The notes: generated by a model not told the origin, from the sequence alone. Shown: positions 10,927-22,240, counted from the stretch's first letter. The stretch is 62,952 bases of DNA from Promethearchaeota archaeon (GCA_016839705.1 JAEOTR010000065.1:1-62952), one strand, 5' to 3'. Numbers and translations: made by a program.

Positions 10927-11316
10927 TTTAACACCATGAAAATAATAAAAATCCAATTAAAAAATTAATTAATCCGCATTCTACCAATTAATATGTTAAT
11001 TAAAAATCACTAATGATAATAAAAATATTTCGGATTTATTCAATAAAAAGCTTATTATCAAATAATTTTTCAAAAATGTCTCAATAAATTTTTTTAATAC
11101 AATGGTTTAATCTTTTACTCCAATAGAATATCATAATTCAAAGAAACATGAATTCTAAGATATGACTACTAATCTCTTTTTATTTCTGATTCATATTAAA
11201 AATTATGAAAAATATATATAAAGAAACGCTCAACTTGAAGAAACTATATAGATTTCATCTAAAAATAAGGTAATAAAGAAAAAAAAAATAAATTAGAATT
11301 TTGTCAATATTTGTAT

Positions 11317-12747
11317 TTATGATGTATAAATCAGCGGTGGTAAGGTTATTAATGTTTGGTTTAGCATAGCCCCAAAAGGTGGTACTGGTGAATAAGGATC
11401 GCTAGGATAAAGACCTGGTGCAGCTAAAAAGTTTTTCGCACCACTTATCCATTGAACGGCAAGACCGACAGCAAAAGGCCAACCATATACGGGACTATGA
11501 CTTGCATCATAAGCTAAAACACCGCCTGCACCTACAATACCCCCACTTGCTTGAGTTAAGGTTTCTAGTTGTGCTACATTTACATCTGGGTCGAGTGATG
11601 AAGAATGTTCAAGCATCCATTTAAATTGGTAAATTGTGTCATATGTTCCTGTAGCAGTATACACCGGATCAGTTCCATACTTCGCTACATACGCATTCCA
11701 AAATGCGAGTGTTTTTGCAGTCTTATTAGTTTCATACACACTATCTATTCCAATGCTGTAATTACACCTACCACCTGTGTCCGTCCAAAACTCTGATTCT
11801 TGAGCTACAACATTTATACCTATTGGGATACAGGTTTGACCCCCAGGGAGATCACCATATGAATTCGCAAAGGGTAATCCCGCAGTCCCAGAAATTATCG
11901 GGATTACTATAGAAGTATTTGCCGTTACAATTGTATTGAAATGAGCATCCATCTGAGTTGGGGTAACGTCTTGAGGAAATGCTACGTCTATCCCAGTATA
12001 GGTTAGGTTATAGACATCGTTATTTGTTAAATAATAAATCATTGCATCTCTGAAATCTTCGGTCCATGCTAAGGATTCTCTCATAAAAGAAAATCGAGAA
12101 ATGTTTTTGCCATAGAGCCCATTAGAAAGGGCTGCCTCAGTGATTATTAAACTGATTAAATTGTATGCTAGTGCAGTAGTATTTTGTGGGCTAATTTGAA
12201 AATAATATTTGGAAGTATTATAAGAATCTAGAACTTTTTGAGTTAAAGTAGTAGTCGCTGCTCCAGTATTTATGAAGATTATTTTTTCATCCAAAAATAG
12301 TTGTTGATATGCTAATGCGGTTTCAGTTCTAGATGAACCGGTTGCAAAATGAGGTTTTCTATAGTTAATTAGTTTTTTTGCCGCAGATACAGCCGTAGCT
12401 GTGTCTAGAATAGGATTGTTTTCATCTGAATCTTCCCACACAATACCAAAATAGTATGGATTACCCCCTCCGAAACTGATACCACCTGCTGTATTTATTT
12501 CCTCTGCGGCCATTAAAGCTGCGTCTCTCTGTCCTTTACCTACAGCTCGTGCCATATCACCAATTACTCCTATTTTAATTATTTGATCCTCTGTAATGTC
12601 AGTTGGTGCTCCAGGACAATCTGTAGCACTCCATTTATATTCTCCTGCTCCCGGCGTTAGTAAGAAAAACCATGCACCCAAACCGACGCCTACTGCAACA
12701 ACTGCAATAAGCACAATCGCTATTATTCTTTTTGTTGTTGATTCCAT
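11317..12747 (-). CDS. ABC transporter substrate-binding protein (LivK/LivJ family), N-terminally anchored
   Basis: N-terminal TM, IKIGVIG and AAEEINTAGGI; many N-x-S/T sequons; lies upstream of livHMGF. Confidence 0.88.
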   Translation of the reverse strand: MESTTKRIIAIVLIAVVAVGVGLGAWFFLLTPGAGEYKWSATDCPGAPTDITEDQIIKIGVIGDMARAVGKGQRDAALMAAEEINTAGGISFGGGNPYYFGIVWEDSDENNPILDTATAVSAAKKLINYRKPHFATGSSRTETALAYQQLFLDEKIIFINTGAATTTLTQKVLDSYNTSKYYFQISPQNTTALAYNLISLIITEAALSNGLYGKNISRFSFMRESLAWTEDFRDAMIYYLTNNDVYNLTYTGIDVAFPQDVTPTQMDAHFNTIVTANTSIVIPIISGTAGLPFANSYGDLPGGQTCIPIGINVVAQESEFWTDTGGRCNYSIGIDSVYETNKTAKTLAFWNAYVAKYGTDPVYTATGTYDTIYQFKWMLEHSSSLDPDVNVAQLETLTQASGGIVGAGGVLAYDASHSPVYGWPFAVGLAVQWISGAKNFLAAPGLYPSDPYSPVPPFGAMLNQTLITLPPLIYTS

Positions 12748-12967
12748 TTATTAGATCACTTTTTATTTTTTTTTTTAAAATTAAGATTGTCTAGTAATAG
12801 TGGATTTGAAGATATATATAAATTTTGCAACTTTTTGAAGTAAATCATAAATATTTACAACAATGAAAAAACCTGTCCAAAAAGAGTTAGTTCCAGAAAA
12901 AACCATAAGGAGCTTCTAAATGTCTTTTTATAGATTCTTAATAATCAACTACTCTTCCCAAATCCTC

Positions 12968-15900
12968 TTAGGTAGGAATAGTGGAGAGTTGTATAAAGAA
13001 TAAAACCCCAAATAGTATTAATAAAATAAAAAGTGAAAGGAGCGTATAAAATCTCCATTTAACTGAAATTTTCTCCCTTTCTTCTTTTCTTCCAAGAAAA
13101 ACTAATATTATTGTGCCAACAACAGCCGTGGATATTAAACCAGTAAAAAGATACCATTGAGGAGTTATTACGATAAACAATAATCCTAAAACACTACCCC
13201 AACCAATAGATAAGCGTAATATACGTCTTTTGAATATTATATCTGGATCCTCCGTTTGAGTATATGGAATAATTAAATAAAGTAAACCAAATATTGCCAG
13301 CATGAGTAGAGTAGTATGAATCCAATTCAAGTAATTGAGTGATATAGGGGATAAGAGAATCCCAAAAAATATCGCCAAACAAGCACTAATTATTGTCCAA
13401 ATTACTTTGAAATGAATTTTCAAAAAGTTGAAAATAGATTTAACGACACTAATTATTATTAATTTAATTTTTTTAAAGGCTCTAATAAGTAAATCGACAA
13501 ATTTATTGAAAAGTTCACGTAATTCTTCCAACAAGAATACAAAGGGATAAATAACAAACGTAATTGTCAATACCGTTACCCCTATCTCCCAGGATAATGA
13601 CAAATTATATATAATTGAGCTTAATAAAGAAAAAATCGCTGCCCAAAATACGAATGCAATAACAGAATGTTCCTTAAATGGTTTTATTATTATCCCCAAG
13701 AAAATTACGAATGTAAATAATGCAACACTTAGCTTTAAAAATAAACTGAGAGACGGAATAAAACCTAATGATATGTAAATATCGAAAGATAGTAGAGTTC
13801 CAATTGCTAAAAATGAGATTTTTCTAAGAATTCCCCTCGGTTTTTCATTAAATACACTTATATATTCGTCAATGTAAGTCAGAATAAATAAGATTCCTAT
13901 TGAAGCTAGTATCAGATTTAACGAATAAAATGGATTCAATGTCGCATTATAAACCGGCCAGGTTATAAAATCTAAGTACAAAATAATCAGAAGAATCCTT
14001 TTTATCTTCTCCTTATTTGAAATTACAATTTTTGAAAATCCTAACAGCTTAAAGAGGTATGCGGTTTCAATAATTAAGATTAAAATGATTAGAGGTATTG
14101 ATGTAGCCAGTAAAGCGAAGAAATTTATGAAGTATATCCAAATTAAATAGGTTGTCGTGAAAGCCATTATGAAAATCCATGAAAGTACTTTAAGATAATT
14201 AGAAACTTTTCCTAAAAATTTCAATATATACGAATCGATAATCATCAAAATGTGAACCAATAGGCTTAGAATTAAAAGCATTAATTGCTGTTCGATGCTG
14301 AATATTAATAAAGTTTGGAGTAAAAGGAGAAATAAACTAAAATAGAACCCTACTCCCAAAACCTTTGTGGAAAATCTTCTGCTTTTATTAATTTGTTCTT
14401 TCTTAGTTGGGTATAATTGACTCAAAGATGCAAAAAGAGAATAAATGGTATAAAATTGCATTAGAATAAATAACAAGATTTCCAAGCTCAGCAATATTTG
14501 GTATTGTATCGCTGCTGTGTTTAACATTAATAAAAACATTAATGAAATCACAAAGAAACTAAGGGTGTGGATTAATTGTGCATATCCCCTTTTAATTTTC
14601 TTGATTGAGTAAATATCTAATAAGGTTAATGCAAAAAATACTATCTGAGAAACTAAGATACTTTCAATAATCCCTACAAATACGATCATCAAGCCATAAA
14701 ACAGTAAACTCGTTTCAAAATATAACAGAATTATTAGTAATGAAAACACTCGTGTCAAGAATTCCGGCTTTTTTCCTTCAAAAAAGAGTGAATTAACATA
14801 TTTAAAAGTTTTAAAGCTAAAGCATGTCTCTATCAAGATAATTAAAATTGTTGAGAAAATATTCAAAATATTGAACAAACCGAAGATAATTATCATATTG
14901 GTAGCAAACAAACTTTGAAAAACTAATAAAAGTACAATTTCAACTGAAGATTTCAACTTTACATCAATTTTCATGAGAAAATTACTTAAGATAAATATAA
15001 TTAGAAAAGAATTTTGGAACAACAATAGGTAGTATGCAAAACTCCTTAGTTCCTCAATAAGTATAATTATCCCATTAGAGATTATTGATCCTACAAAAAA
15101 TGAACCCGATATAAAGAGAACATAATAAAGGATTAACCGTCCATTAGAGATTATTCTTTTTGAAATATCTAAGTGAGAGAGAAGACTGAGAGAAATCTGA
15201 TTTATAAGTGCAAATATAGATAATAATAGAAATATATTTGAGTGATACATAAATAAGAACAAGGATAGAGTGTTAATGAAAAATGAAAAAGACCAAAAAG
15301 TAAATTTATTCCTTTTTGAATGGAATAAATAATATAAAAATCTCCTGTCTATTATGTATGATTCAAAAAATATGATACCACTAAAGATAAGTATAAGTAC
15401 ATAAATAATACTCGTAATATTCACGTTTACATAAAGCATAAAGAGTAGAATATTAATGCTTAAGGCTGTAGGTATCAATAAAAATATAACAAAACAGATT
15501 TTATTGAAATAAAGAAGGGGGTCTCTTATTTTGAAATGAATATCTGCTTTTTCGATATATTTTAAACTCAATAAGATAAAAACTGACCAGATTATTAGAA
15601 AATCAAGAAATTGATAAATAAAAATGATGTGACTGAATAAAAATTGATCTTGAAAAACAGGGATAAGAATTGATATTAATAACGAGAAAAATAGGGAAAA
15701 AAGAATAAAACTTGTGAAATTTACAAGTTTAATTTGATTTTTATCTTTAAAAATTTTAAACATACTATTTTTCTTTTCTGTAGAATCCCTCTCCTTATAG
15801 TTTTTAAATAAGTTAAATATAATCTGAAAGACAGCTACATATATTATTGAAAAGCCCAGAAATGCTAAAAACCAGATGGATCTAAGTACTTCAATTAACA

Positions 15901-18900
15901 TTAATAATTCAAATAGAGGGAGTACTAAAGGTATTGGAATCAAAGACCAAAGGAAATATCTATAATCTACAAGTATAAAATAGAGAAAAGGTAAAAAGAT
16001 TACTGTGAATGTACTAATTAAAATATAAGGTGATGCCCTCAAGAAAACAAAAACCAGTGATGTTATAGAAGAAGATGTGCCAATTGCTACAATAAAAAGT
16101 GGGATTATTCGATTTATACGAAATTTCAACTTATATTTATTAAATATAAAGTAAGAACATCCAAAGACCGTTAATGCGAAAAAGAAAGCAAACAATACTA
16201 ATTGTGGATGCAAACTACTAAATGTATTGAAAGTTAACCATGCGAAATTGAATATCAATATCCAAGAAAGACTTATCTCAATTATTCTATGCGATAGCTT
16301 TATATATTTTGATGAAAAGAGACTAAACCCTACTACCATTAAACTTAGATTAACGGAGAAAATAAAATTTTGAATAATGGAATAAATAATGAAATAAACT
16401 GTGCTAAAAATACCACCAAGGACAATAGAATAACTGATAGTCAAAATGATGCCAATTGATCTAACATTTGGAAAAAAGGAATATATAATCATTAATAATC
16501 CAATTACCAAGATATCAATTGAAATCGTTACCTCTAATGGTATTCCTATAGAAACTAAATAATAGCCCAAAAACAAAGTATTGATCACTATAAGCATTAC
16601 CCAAAAAACAGATACAATCTTCCAATACTTCAAACCAATTAATATGGGCATTAATAAAAGGACGGCAAATAGGACGAATAAAAGGTTTATTAATCCTAAA
16701 TTACCCAAAAATAGATTTTGGCTAATCCAATACAACAAGAATAAGCTTTCTCCCCAAACGATAAAGACTAGTTTTAGGAAATATTTCTTTATTTTTGTAT
16801 AGATAACGGGTAAGAAAAATAAGGAGCAAATGATAATAGACATAATTGTTGAGCCTGTAAACTCAATATCTCCGAAAAGGCTTAATGAGTTAGTAAGGAC
16901 ATCAACCCCACTTAAACTTTTATATATTATTATAAAATTAACGAAAGGTAAAATATTCCACGCATACCAACCAGATTTCCAAATTGCCCAAGAAATTCTC
17001 CATTGATAAATTCCAATAGAAAGATAGAAAAGAAAAACACCCACGTTAATACTGAATATTATCGGAATGGGATCTGTAAAAGGGATTGAAAATGAAGTAA
17101 CTATGAAGAAGTACAAAAAGGTGGGTATACATAATATTATTGCGAGTAAAACAAAATAAAACGATTTCTTTCTAAAATTTGCAGGAGCTTTATTAAATAA
17201 AAATACAAAAACGAATCCTGTTATACCTAATGTAAGAGTAAAGGTAAGTAGTGGGTTGAGCCCGGTGTAAGGGGGATGATTAAAGAACAAAAAATATGAA
17301 ATAAAGCTTATTAAATCAAAAACTGCTAGTAAAACGCAAGGTTTAATAAACCACTTATACAGTACATTTTTCTGTCTGTAAAAGTAAATTCCCATGAAAA
17401 ATAAAAATAAAAAGACCGATATTGTTAAGTTGTAGATTAAAAGAACTATGGTATATGAAAAAAATAATACGAAAGATAGAAGAGAGAGAGTTGCATATAA
17501 TGCAAACTTCTCATGAATGTTATTTCTTTTATAATTTAACCATATTGAAAAAAGTAAAACAATTGATAAGCATATTAAATAGTTTTGGCTATAAAATGTG
17601 ATTAAATTTAAATCAAATGCATTTAGATAAATAAATCCGCCGAAAGGAACTGCTGTGATCGCTATAAACAATACATATCCTAAAAGGAGATATGCTAGAA
17701 ATCTAAAGATATTAATTATACTACGTCGTGATAAAATAAGAATTAACAAAATTAAAGAAAAAATAGGGATTGTAATATACATAAAAAATTGGCTTATTAG
17801 CAATAAAATGGATGAAAAATAAAACTTGAACAATCGAGGAAACGTATATGATTCTAGTATCGAATTGTATCGCAAAATACAGAAATAAAGAAATAGATAT
17901 AGGTTAGCGATGATAACTGTTAAAGGAATTAAGTTAAAAAGATTGAATGAAGGAATATTCCATGTTAAAATATTGAATATCTCCAAATAGAGGCTTAAAT
18001 TTGAGAGGATAAATATACCAAGAAATACTTTATTTATGAAGAATTGAGTTTCTCCCGAAATTATTTTTAGATTTATGAAATATTTTAGTGTAACAGGAGT
18101 CAAAATTGATAGAATTAATATAAATATGATTATTTGAACTAAAATTGAAAGAGGAAATGCAAGAGATATGAAAAGACAGAAAAAAATCTTAAAAGAAAAC
18201 CATGAAATCAATTCCAAACAATTCTTTAGGATTTCAAATGCTGGTTCTATAACTTTTGACTTAATAAGCAATAGGCTAAATAAGAAAAAGAGTCCAAAAG
18301 ACCACGTAAAATTTAAAGAAGCCAGTCCTAAAGGAAGGAAATATAAAATATTCGTGATTTGAATCAGAGTTACTAAAAGATAGGAAAACGAAAAAACAAT
18401 GCCATATAGTATAATATCTTTTATATACTTACTGATTTTCAGTTCCTTAGAATAATTAGACATTAACCTTAAAGTATAGATGTTTAACATGAAGAAGACA
18501 AAAAAAGTTATGCTAAATGATAATTGATTTATTAGATATGGAAAGATCCAAAAAGCTGTAAAAAGTGAAAAAGAAAACCAAGAAAATGCTTCAAGTAACT
18601 TTAGATGTTTTATTATTTTTTCTAATATTTTAAATTTAATACAAACGAAATCTAAGAATTTTAAAATTGCAAACAGTAGAATTAAAGTTATTGCTATAAT
18701 TATGAGAAAATCAATCATTAGCCCAAAATTTGAAAGTTCTAATCCTACTATAGTTGGGATTAATATAATAATTCCAGACAGAAGTAGGCTATTGACAAAT
18801 ATGCTGTTTTTAACAAGATTTACATTAAAAAGTTGTTTTTTATAAGAAAATAAAGTCGGGAGATAGAAGAAACATGATGCTGCAATGAAAGGAATAAGAA

Positions 18901-21900
18901 ATCTGTACATCGTTCCCAATAGAAGAATAAAAACGTAATAGAATACTGTCGTTCCAGTTAAAAGTATCTCAATTAAAACTTGAGATTTTAATATTACTAG
19001 CTGATATTTATCCCTCATCCTATAATGCTTTACTAAATAATAAATAATGATTAAAAGGCCAAACGCGATATAAAATGTGAAATTTAAAACCGAGATAACG
19101 TCAATCCTTATACCGAAACGAAACAATAAATCCAAACTAATAATGCTAGGTATCATTGTTAGAAAAATGGCTATTAGGATGCCGTCTGAAACTAAAATCT
19201 TGTGGGTTACATTCTCATATTTCTTCATTCTTAAAAGGTAATAAATTGGAAAAATTAAAACCGAGAAAAAGCATAAAAACGGAATCAAAAATACGTAGAA
19301 TGTATTAAGTGTGTATAAAAAAGAATAATAGAAAGCTAACCCCGCACTAAATATTAAGGTAGTTAAATTGATTTTAATACTCGTTGATATAGAAAAGATG
19401 AATTCCTTTTTAGAAAGCAGGATACCTATAATAGACAAAATTAAAAGCGAAAAATAAATAGAAAACAAAAAATTATCATAAAAGGCTAAGCTAACTAATA
19501 TTATAGAGTAAAAGAAGGAGAAAAACAGTGTAAAGAGTTCTGCTGTCATTATATAGGAATTGATACTGATAAATCCCTTTAGTGTAGAATCTTTTACTTT
19601 TCTTAATTTCACCCCAAACTTCATATTTAATTGTATAAAAATGGAAAAAAATAAGAAATCTAATGCCAAAATTACAAAATTACTCGGAAATGAAATAAAA
19701 ATAGCAATAAGGATGTCGATAAATAATAACCAAAGTATATAATAATTTATTAGTAAAAATTGCTTTCGAGTAAGTACTCTCAATAAATGATTTATAGATA
19801 CAAAGAAAATTAACACAGAGGGAAAAATTAGTATTGTATAGCTTATTACTGGGAAAACATTAACACTCAACCCTAATCGGTAGATCTCTATATTAAAAAT
19901 TATTGGGACTAACGTAATAGAAATAGCTAAAAGTACAAAATTAACCAACAAGAGTTTTTGCATAACTTTCTCGTAAAATTTCTTTCTAAATAGGTAATAA
20001 ATCGGGAAAAATAAAATTGAGAACAAACTTAAAAAAGGTATTAAGAAAACATAAAATGTACCCAAAGAGTATAGTATTGAATAATAAAATGCCACGCCTG
20101 CACTAAGTAATAAGAATGTTATGTTAATCTTAAAAACCATTGATTTTGAAAATAATATATTACTCCTCGAAAGAATATTAATCAAAAAAGTAAATAGTAG
20201 TAAGGAAAAATAAGATGATAAGATTAATTTATCAGAGAATACTAGATTTACAAGTATGAAAGAATATAATGAAAAGAAAAATATTACTAAGAACTCAAAG
20301 GTCAATATATATGAATTTATTTTAGTATAACGCTCAAATGAAGAATTCTTTACTTTTTCTAACTTCAATCCAAACTTCAAATTAATTTGACTAAAGATTG
20401 ATAAAAATAAGAAATCTAAAGTTAACATAACTGTATTATCCAGAAAGACAAAAAACATAACTAGAAATAAATCTACTATTAAAATCCATAAAAAGAAATA
20501 GGTTGAAATCGCGAAATTTTTCCGAGAAAGTATACCTAATAGATAATTAGCAAATATAAAAAATATAAAAATTACGGGAAACAGTAAACTTGATACTAAT
20601 AATAGTCTTATCGCAGTGATACCCGCAAAAATGGAATAAATTCTTAAATTAACTAGTATAAAGATTAGGAGCTCGATGAGGAAGATGTGGATAATCACAC
20701 TGATTCTGAAAAGTTTTGATCGTTTTACTGAAAATATTCTAGCATTTAATATGTAAAAAGATACTAAAGAAACAATTGAAATTAATAATCCATGTAGTAA
20801 AATGTTAGATATGAAAATTATTACTGGATTTGAACTAAATAATACTAATTCAAATATAATTAGGTTTTCAAATGTTGTAAATCCAAATAGCGAATAGGTT
20901 ATAATGGTAAAACTCGCTATAGCCAGTAAATTTTGGATAATAATGATATTTTCCTTTACGAAATACTTAACTTTCACAAGTATTTGAAGGCTAAAATAAA
21001 GAGATATCAAAAATATTATAAATTGGATGTTTAAGGAAAAGACGCTTGAAAAGAGCCCAAAGGAAATTGCTATTAAAAGACTTGTAGATATTAACAAGTA
21101 AATATATTTATTATATTTTTTCGGGCACATTTTGGCTTTCTGTTCATAATAGGCAAAAATAAAGAAAAATGGTAAAATTACTAATACAATCCACTGAATT
21201 TTTATAAGAAAACAAAAAAATGTTATAGATCCAATTAAAACTCCTGATAAAATAGTATTATATTTTTGATATTTGATACCCTGAGAGGGTGTCTCTTCTT
21301 CAGGTTTATTACTCTTCGTGGGAGAATCTTTATAGACAGTAAGTAGGGAATTATAATAATAGTTAATATAAAATAATGTTTTGAAGTAGATCAATACAAA
21401 AATAATACTTAAGAACGAACCATTCATCAATTCTAAGGTTGTATATTGAATGCCTGAAAGACTCATAATAACAAAGGGCATTTGAATTAAGAGGATGAAA
21501 ATCAAGCTTGTAATTGATAAAACAAACCTTTGCTTAAATTTTGTTAAATCTTCAAGGATAGGTTTATTTTCCTTAATAGAATCGTTAATCTCACGAGAAA
21601 CTTTTCGGGTTATTATAAAAGTGATGAGATAAAAAAGAACACTAGTTATTAAAGCAAAAAGCCAAGAGAAGTCTGTGAAAAAAGTAAGTGAAAGGAAAAT
21701 AAGGTGAGCAATGTAATTGATGAAAATGATCAAATTGTATGGTTGTTTTACTAGTTGTTGAAAGTTTGCAGCATGTTTGAATTCTCCTTTTTCCTTATTA
21801 AAAAAACCAATAGGCTGGAAACGATAATAATAATATACTATATTATAAAGAACTGTAAAACTTATTACGGGGAGTAGTGTAAATGAATCTGCAGGTGAAA

Positions 21901-22240
21901 TCAATATAAAAATTGGAGTAACTATTAGTGCCAGGATAGTTATTAAATAAAGGATGTGAATCCGAGCAGTCAGGTTATTTCTTTTATTTAGAAAAAAAGG
22001 TTTATTTCTGTACTTATCAAATGCTTTATAGAAAAAAAGCAAAGCAAACATATACGTAATTACTGTAAAAGATAATTCAATATAAAAACCCTGTCTGAAA
22101 AAACTATAAATCCAATAACCTGCAAAAGCTGTTGTTAAAGGAGCTATAACCATAAAAAAACTAAACCACCAGACTTTCTGGAGAAAATCTGTAGCTTTTT
22201 GAAGACTCTCTTCCGAACTTTTGTTATCTTTGGATTTCAT
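12968..22240 (-). CDS. Giant polytopic membrane protein of unknown function (3090 aa)
   Basis: Uninterrupted 9.27-kb ORF with ATG start after AGGTAGAG. Hydrophobic ~20-aa helices alternate with short Lys-rich loops along almost the whole length. Confidence 0.9.
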   Translation of the reverse strand: MKSKDNKSSEESLQKATDFLQKVWWFSFFMVIAPLTTAFAGYWIYSFFRQGFYIELSFTVITYMFALLFFYKAFDKYRNKPFFLNKRNNLTARIHILYLITILALIVTPIFILISPADSFTLLPVISFTVLYNIVYYYYRFQPIGFFNKEKGEFKHAANFQQLVKQPYNLIIFINYIAHLIFLSLTFFTDFSWLFALITSVLFYLITFIITRKVSREINDSIKENKPILEDLTKFKQRFVLSITSLIFILLIQMPFVIMSLSGIQYTTLELMNGSFLSIIFVLIYFKTLFYINYYYNSLLTVYKDSPTKSNKPEEETPSQGIKYQKYNTILSGVLIGSITFFCFLIKIQWIVLVILPFFFIFAYYEQKAKMCPKKYNKYIYLLISTSLLIAISFGLFSSVFSLNIQFIIFLISLYFSLQILVKVKYFVKENIIIIQNLLAIASFTIITYSLFGFTTFENLIIFELVLFSSNPVIIFISNILLHGLLISIVSLVSFYILNARIFSVKRSKLFRISVIIHIFLIELLIFILVNLRIYSIFAGITAIRLLLVSSLLFPVIFIFFIFANYLLGILSRKNFAISTYFFLWILIVDLFLVMFFVFLDNTVMLTLDFLFLSIFSQINLKFGLKLEKVKNSSFERYTKINSYILTFEFLVIFFFSLYSFILVNLVFSDKLILSSYFSLLLFTFLINILSRSNILFSKSMVFKINITFLLLSAGVAFYYSILYSLGTFYVFLIPFLSLFSILFFPIYYLFRKKFYEKVMQKLLLVNFVLLAISITLVPIIFNIEIYRLGLSVNVFPVISYTILIFPSVLIFFVSINHLLRVLTRKQFLLINYYILWLLFIDILIAIFISFPSNFVILALDFLFFSIFIQLNMKFGVKLRKVKDSTLKGFISINSYIMTAELFTLFFSFFYSIILVSLAFYDNFLFSIYFSLLILSIIGILLSKKEFIFSISTSIKINLTTLIFSAGLAFYYSFLYTLNTFYVFLIPFLCFFSVLIFPIYYLLRMKKYENVTHKILVSDGILIAIFLTMIPSIISLDLLFRFGIRIDVISVLNFTFYIAFGLLIIIYYLVKHYRMRDKYQLVILKSQVLIEILLTGTTVFYYVFILLLGTMYRFLIPFIAASCFFYLPTLFSYKKQLFNVNLVKNSIFVNSLLLSGIIILIPTIVGLELSNFGLMIDFLIIIAITLILLFAILKFLDFVCIKFKILEKIIKHLKLLEAFSWFSFSLFTAFWIFPYLINQLSFSITFFVFFMLNIYTLRLMSNYSKELKISKYIKDIILYGIVFSFSYLLVTLIQITNILYFLPLGLASLNFTWSFGLFFLFSLLLIKSKVIEPAFEILKNCLELISWFSFKIFFCLFISLAFPLSILVQIIIFILILSILTPVTLKYFINLKIISGETQFFINKVFLGIFILSNLSLYLEIFNILTWNIPSFNLFNLIPLTVIIANLYLFLYFCILRYNSILESYTFPRLFKFYFSSILLLISQFFMYITIPIFSLILLILILSRRSIINIFRFLAYLLLGYVLFIAITAVPFGGFIYLNAFDLNLITFYSQNYLICLSIVLLFSIWLNYKRNNIHEKFALYATLSLLSFVLFFSYTIVLLIYNLTISVFLFLFFMGIYFYRQKNVLYKWFIKPCVLLAVFDLISFISYFLFFNHPPYTGLNPLLTFTLTLGITGFVFVFLFNKAPANFRKKSFYFVLLAIILCIPTFLYFFIVTSFSIPFTDPIPIIFSINVGVFLFYLSIGIYQWRISWAIWKSGWYAWNILPFVNFIIIYKSLSGVDVLTNSLSLFGDIEFTGSTIMSIIICSLFFLPVIYTKIKKYFLKLVFIVWGESLFLLYWISQNLFLGNLGLINLLFVLFAVLLLMPILIGLKYWKIVSVFWVMLIVINTLFLGYYLVSIGIPLEVTISIDILVIGLLMIIYSFFPNVRSIGIILTISYSIVLGGIFSTVYFIIYSIIQNFIFSVNLSLMVVGFSLFSSKYIKLSHRIIEISLSWILIFNFAWLTFNTFSSLHPQLVLFAFFFALTVFGCSYFIFNKYKLKFRINRIIPLFIVAIGTSSSITSLVFVFLRASPYILISTFTVIFLPFLYFILVDYRYFLWSLIPIPLVLPLFELLMLIEVLRSIWFLAFLGFSIIYVAVFQIIFNLFKNYKERDSTEKKNSMFKIFKDKNQIKLVNFTSFILFSLFFSLLISILIPVFQDQFLFSHIIFIYQFLDFLIIWSVFILLSLKYIEKADIHFKIRDPLLYFNKICFVIFLLIPTALSINILLFMLYVNVNITSIIYVLILIFSGIIFFESYIIDRRFLYYLFHSKRNKFTFWSFSFFINTLSLFLFMYHSNIFLLLSIFALINQISLSLLSHLDISKRIISNGRLILYYVLFISGSFFVGSIISNGIIILIEELRSFAYYLLLFQNSFLIIFILSNFLMKIDVKLKSSVEIVLLLVFQSLFATNMIIIFGLFNILNIFSTILIILIETCFSFKTFKYVNSLFFEGKKPEFLTRVFSLLIILLYFETSLLFYGLMIVFVGIIESILVSQIVFFALTLLDIYSIKKIKRGYAQLIHTLSFFVISLMFLLMLNTAAIQYQILLSLEILLFILMQFYTIYSLFASLSQLYPTKKEQINKSRRFSTKVLGVGFYFSLFLLLLQTLLIFSIEQQLMLLILSLLVHILMIIDSYILKFLGKVSNYLKVLSWIFIMAFTTTYLIWIYFINFFALLATSIPLIILILIIETAYLFKLLGFSKIVISNKEKIKRILLIILYLDFITWPVYNATLNPFYSLNLILASIGILFILTYIDEYISVFNEKPRGILRKISFLAIGTLLSFDIYISLGFIPSLSLFLKLSVALFTFVIFLGIIIKPFKEHSVIAFVFWAAIFSLLSSIIYNLSLSWEIGVTVLTITFVIYPFVFLLEELRELFNKFVDLLIRAFKKIKLIIISVVKSIFNFLKIHFKVIWTIISACLAIFFGILLSPISLNYLNWIHTTLLMLAIFGLLYLIIPYTQTEDPDIIFKRRILRLSIGWGSVLGLLFIVITPQWYLFTGLISTAVVGTIILVFLGRKEEREKISVKWRFYTLLSLFILLILFGVLFFIQLSTIPT
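19080..20590 (-). repeat. Intragenic tandem duplication, period 756 nt (252 aa)
   Basis: LDFLFLSIF..LKFGLKLEKVK..INSYI..SAGVAFYYS..TFYVFLIPFL recurs as LDFLFFSIF..MKFGVKLRKVK..INSYI..SAGLAFYYS..TFYVFLIPFL. The matching gcact lies at 20100 and 19344. Boundaries are approximate. Confidence 0.85.
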
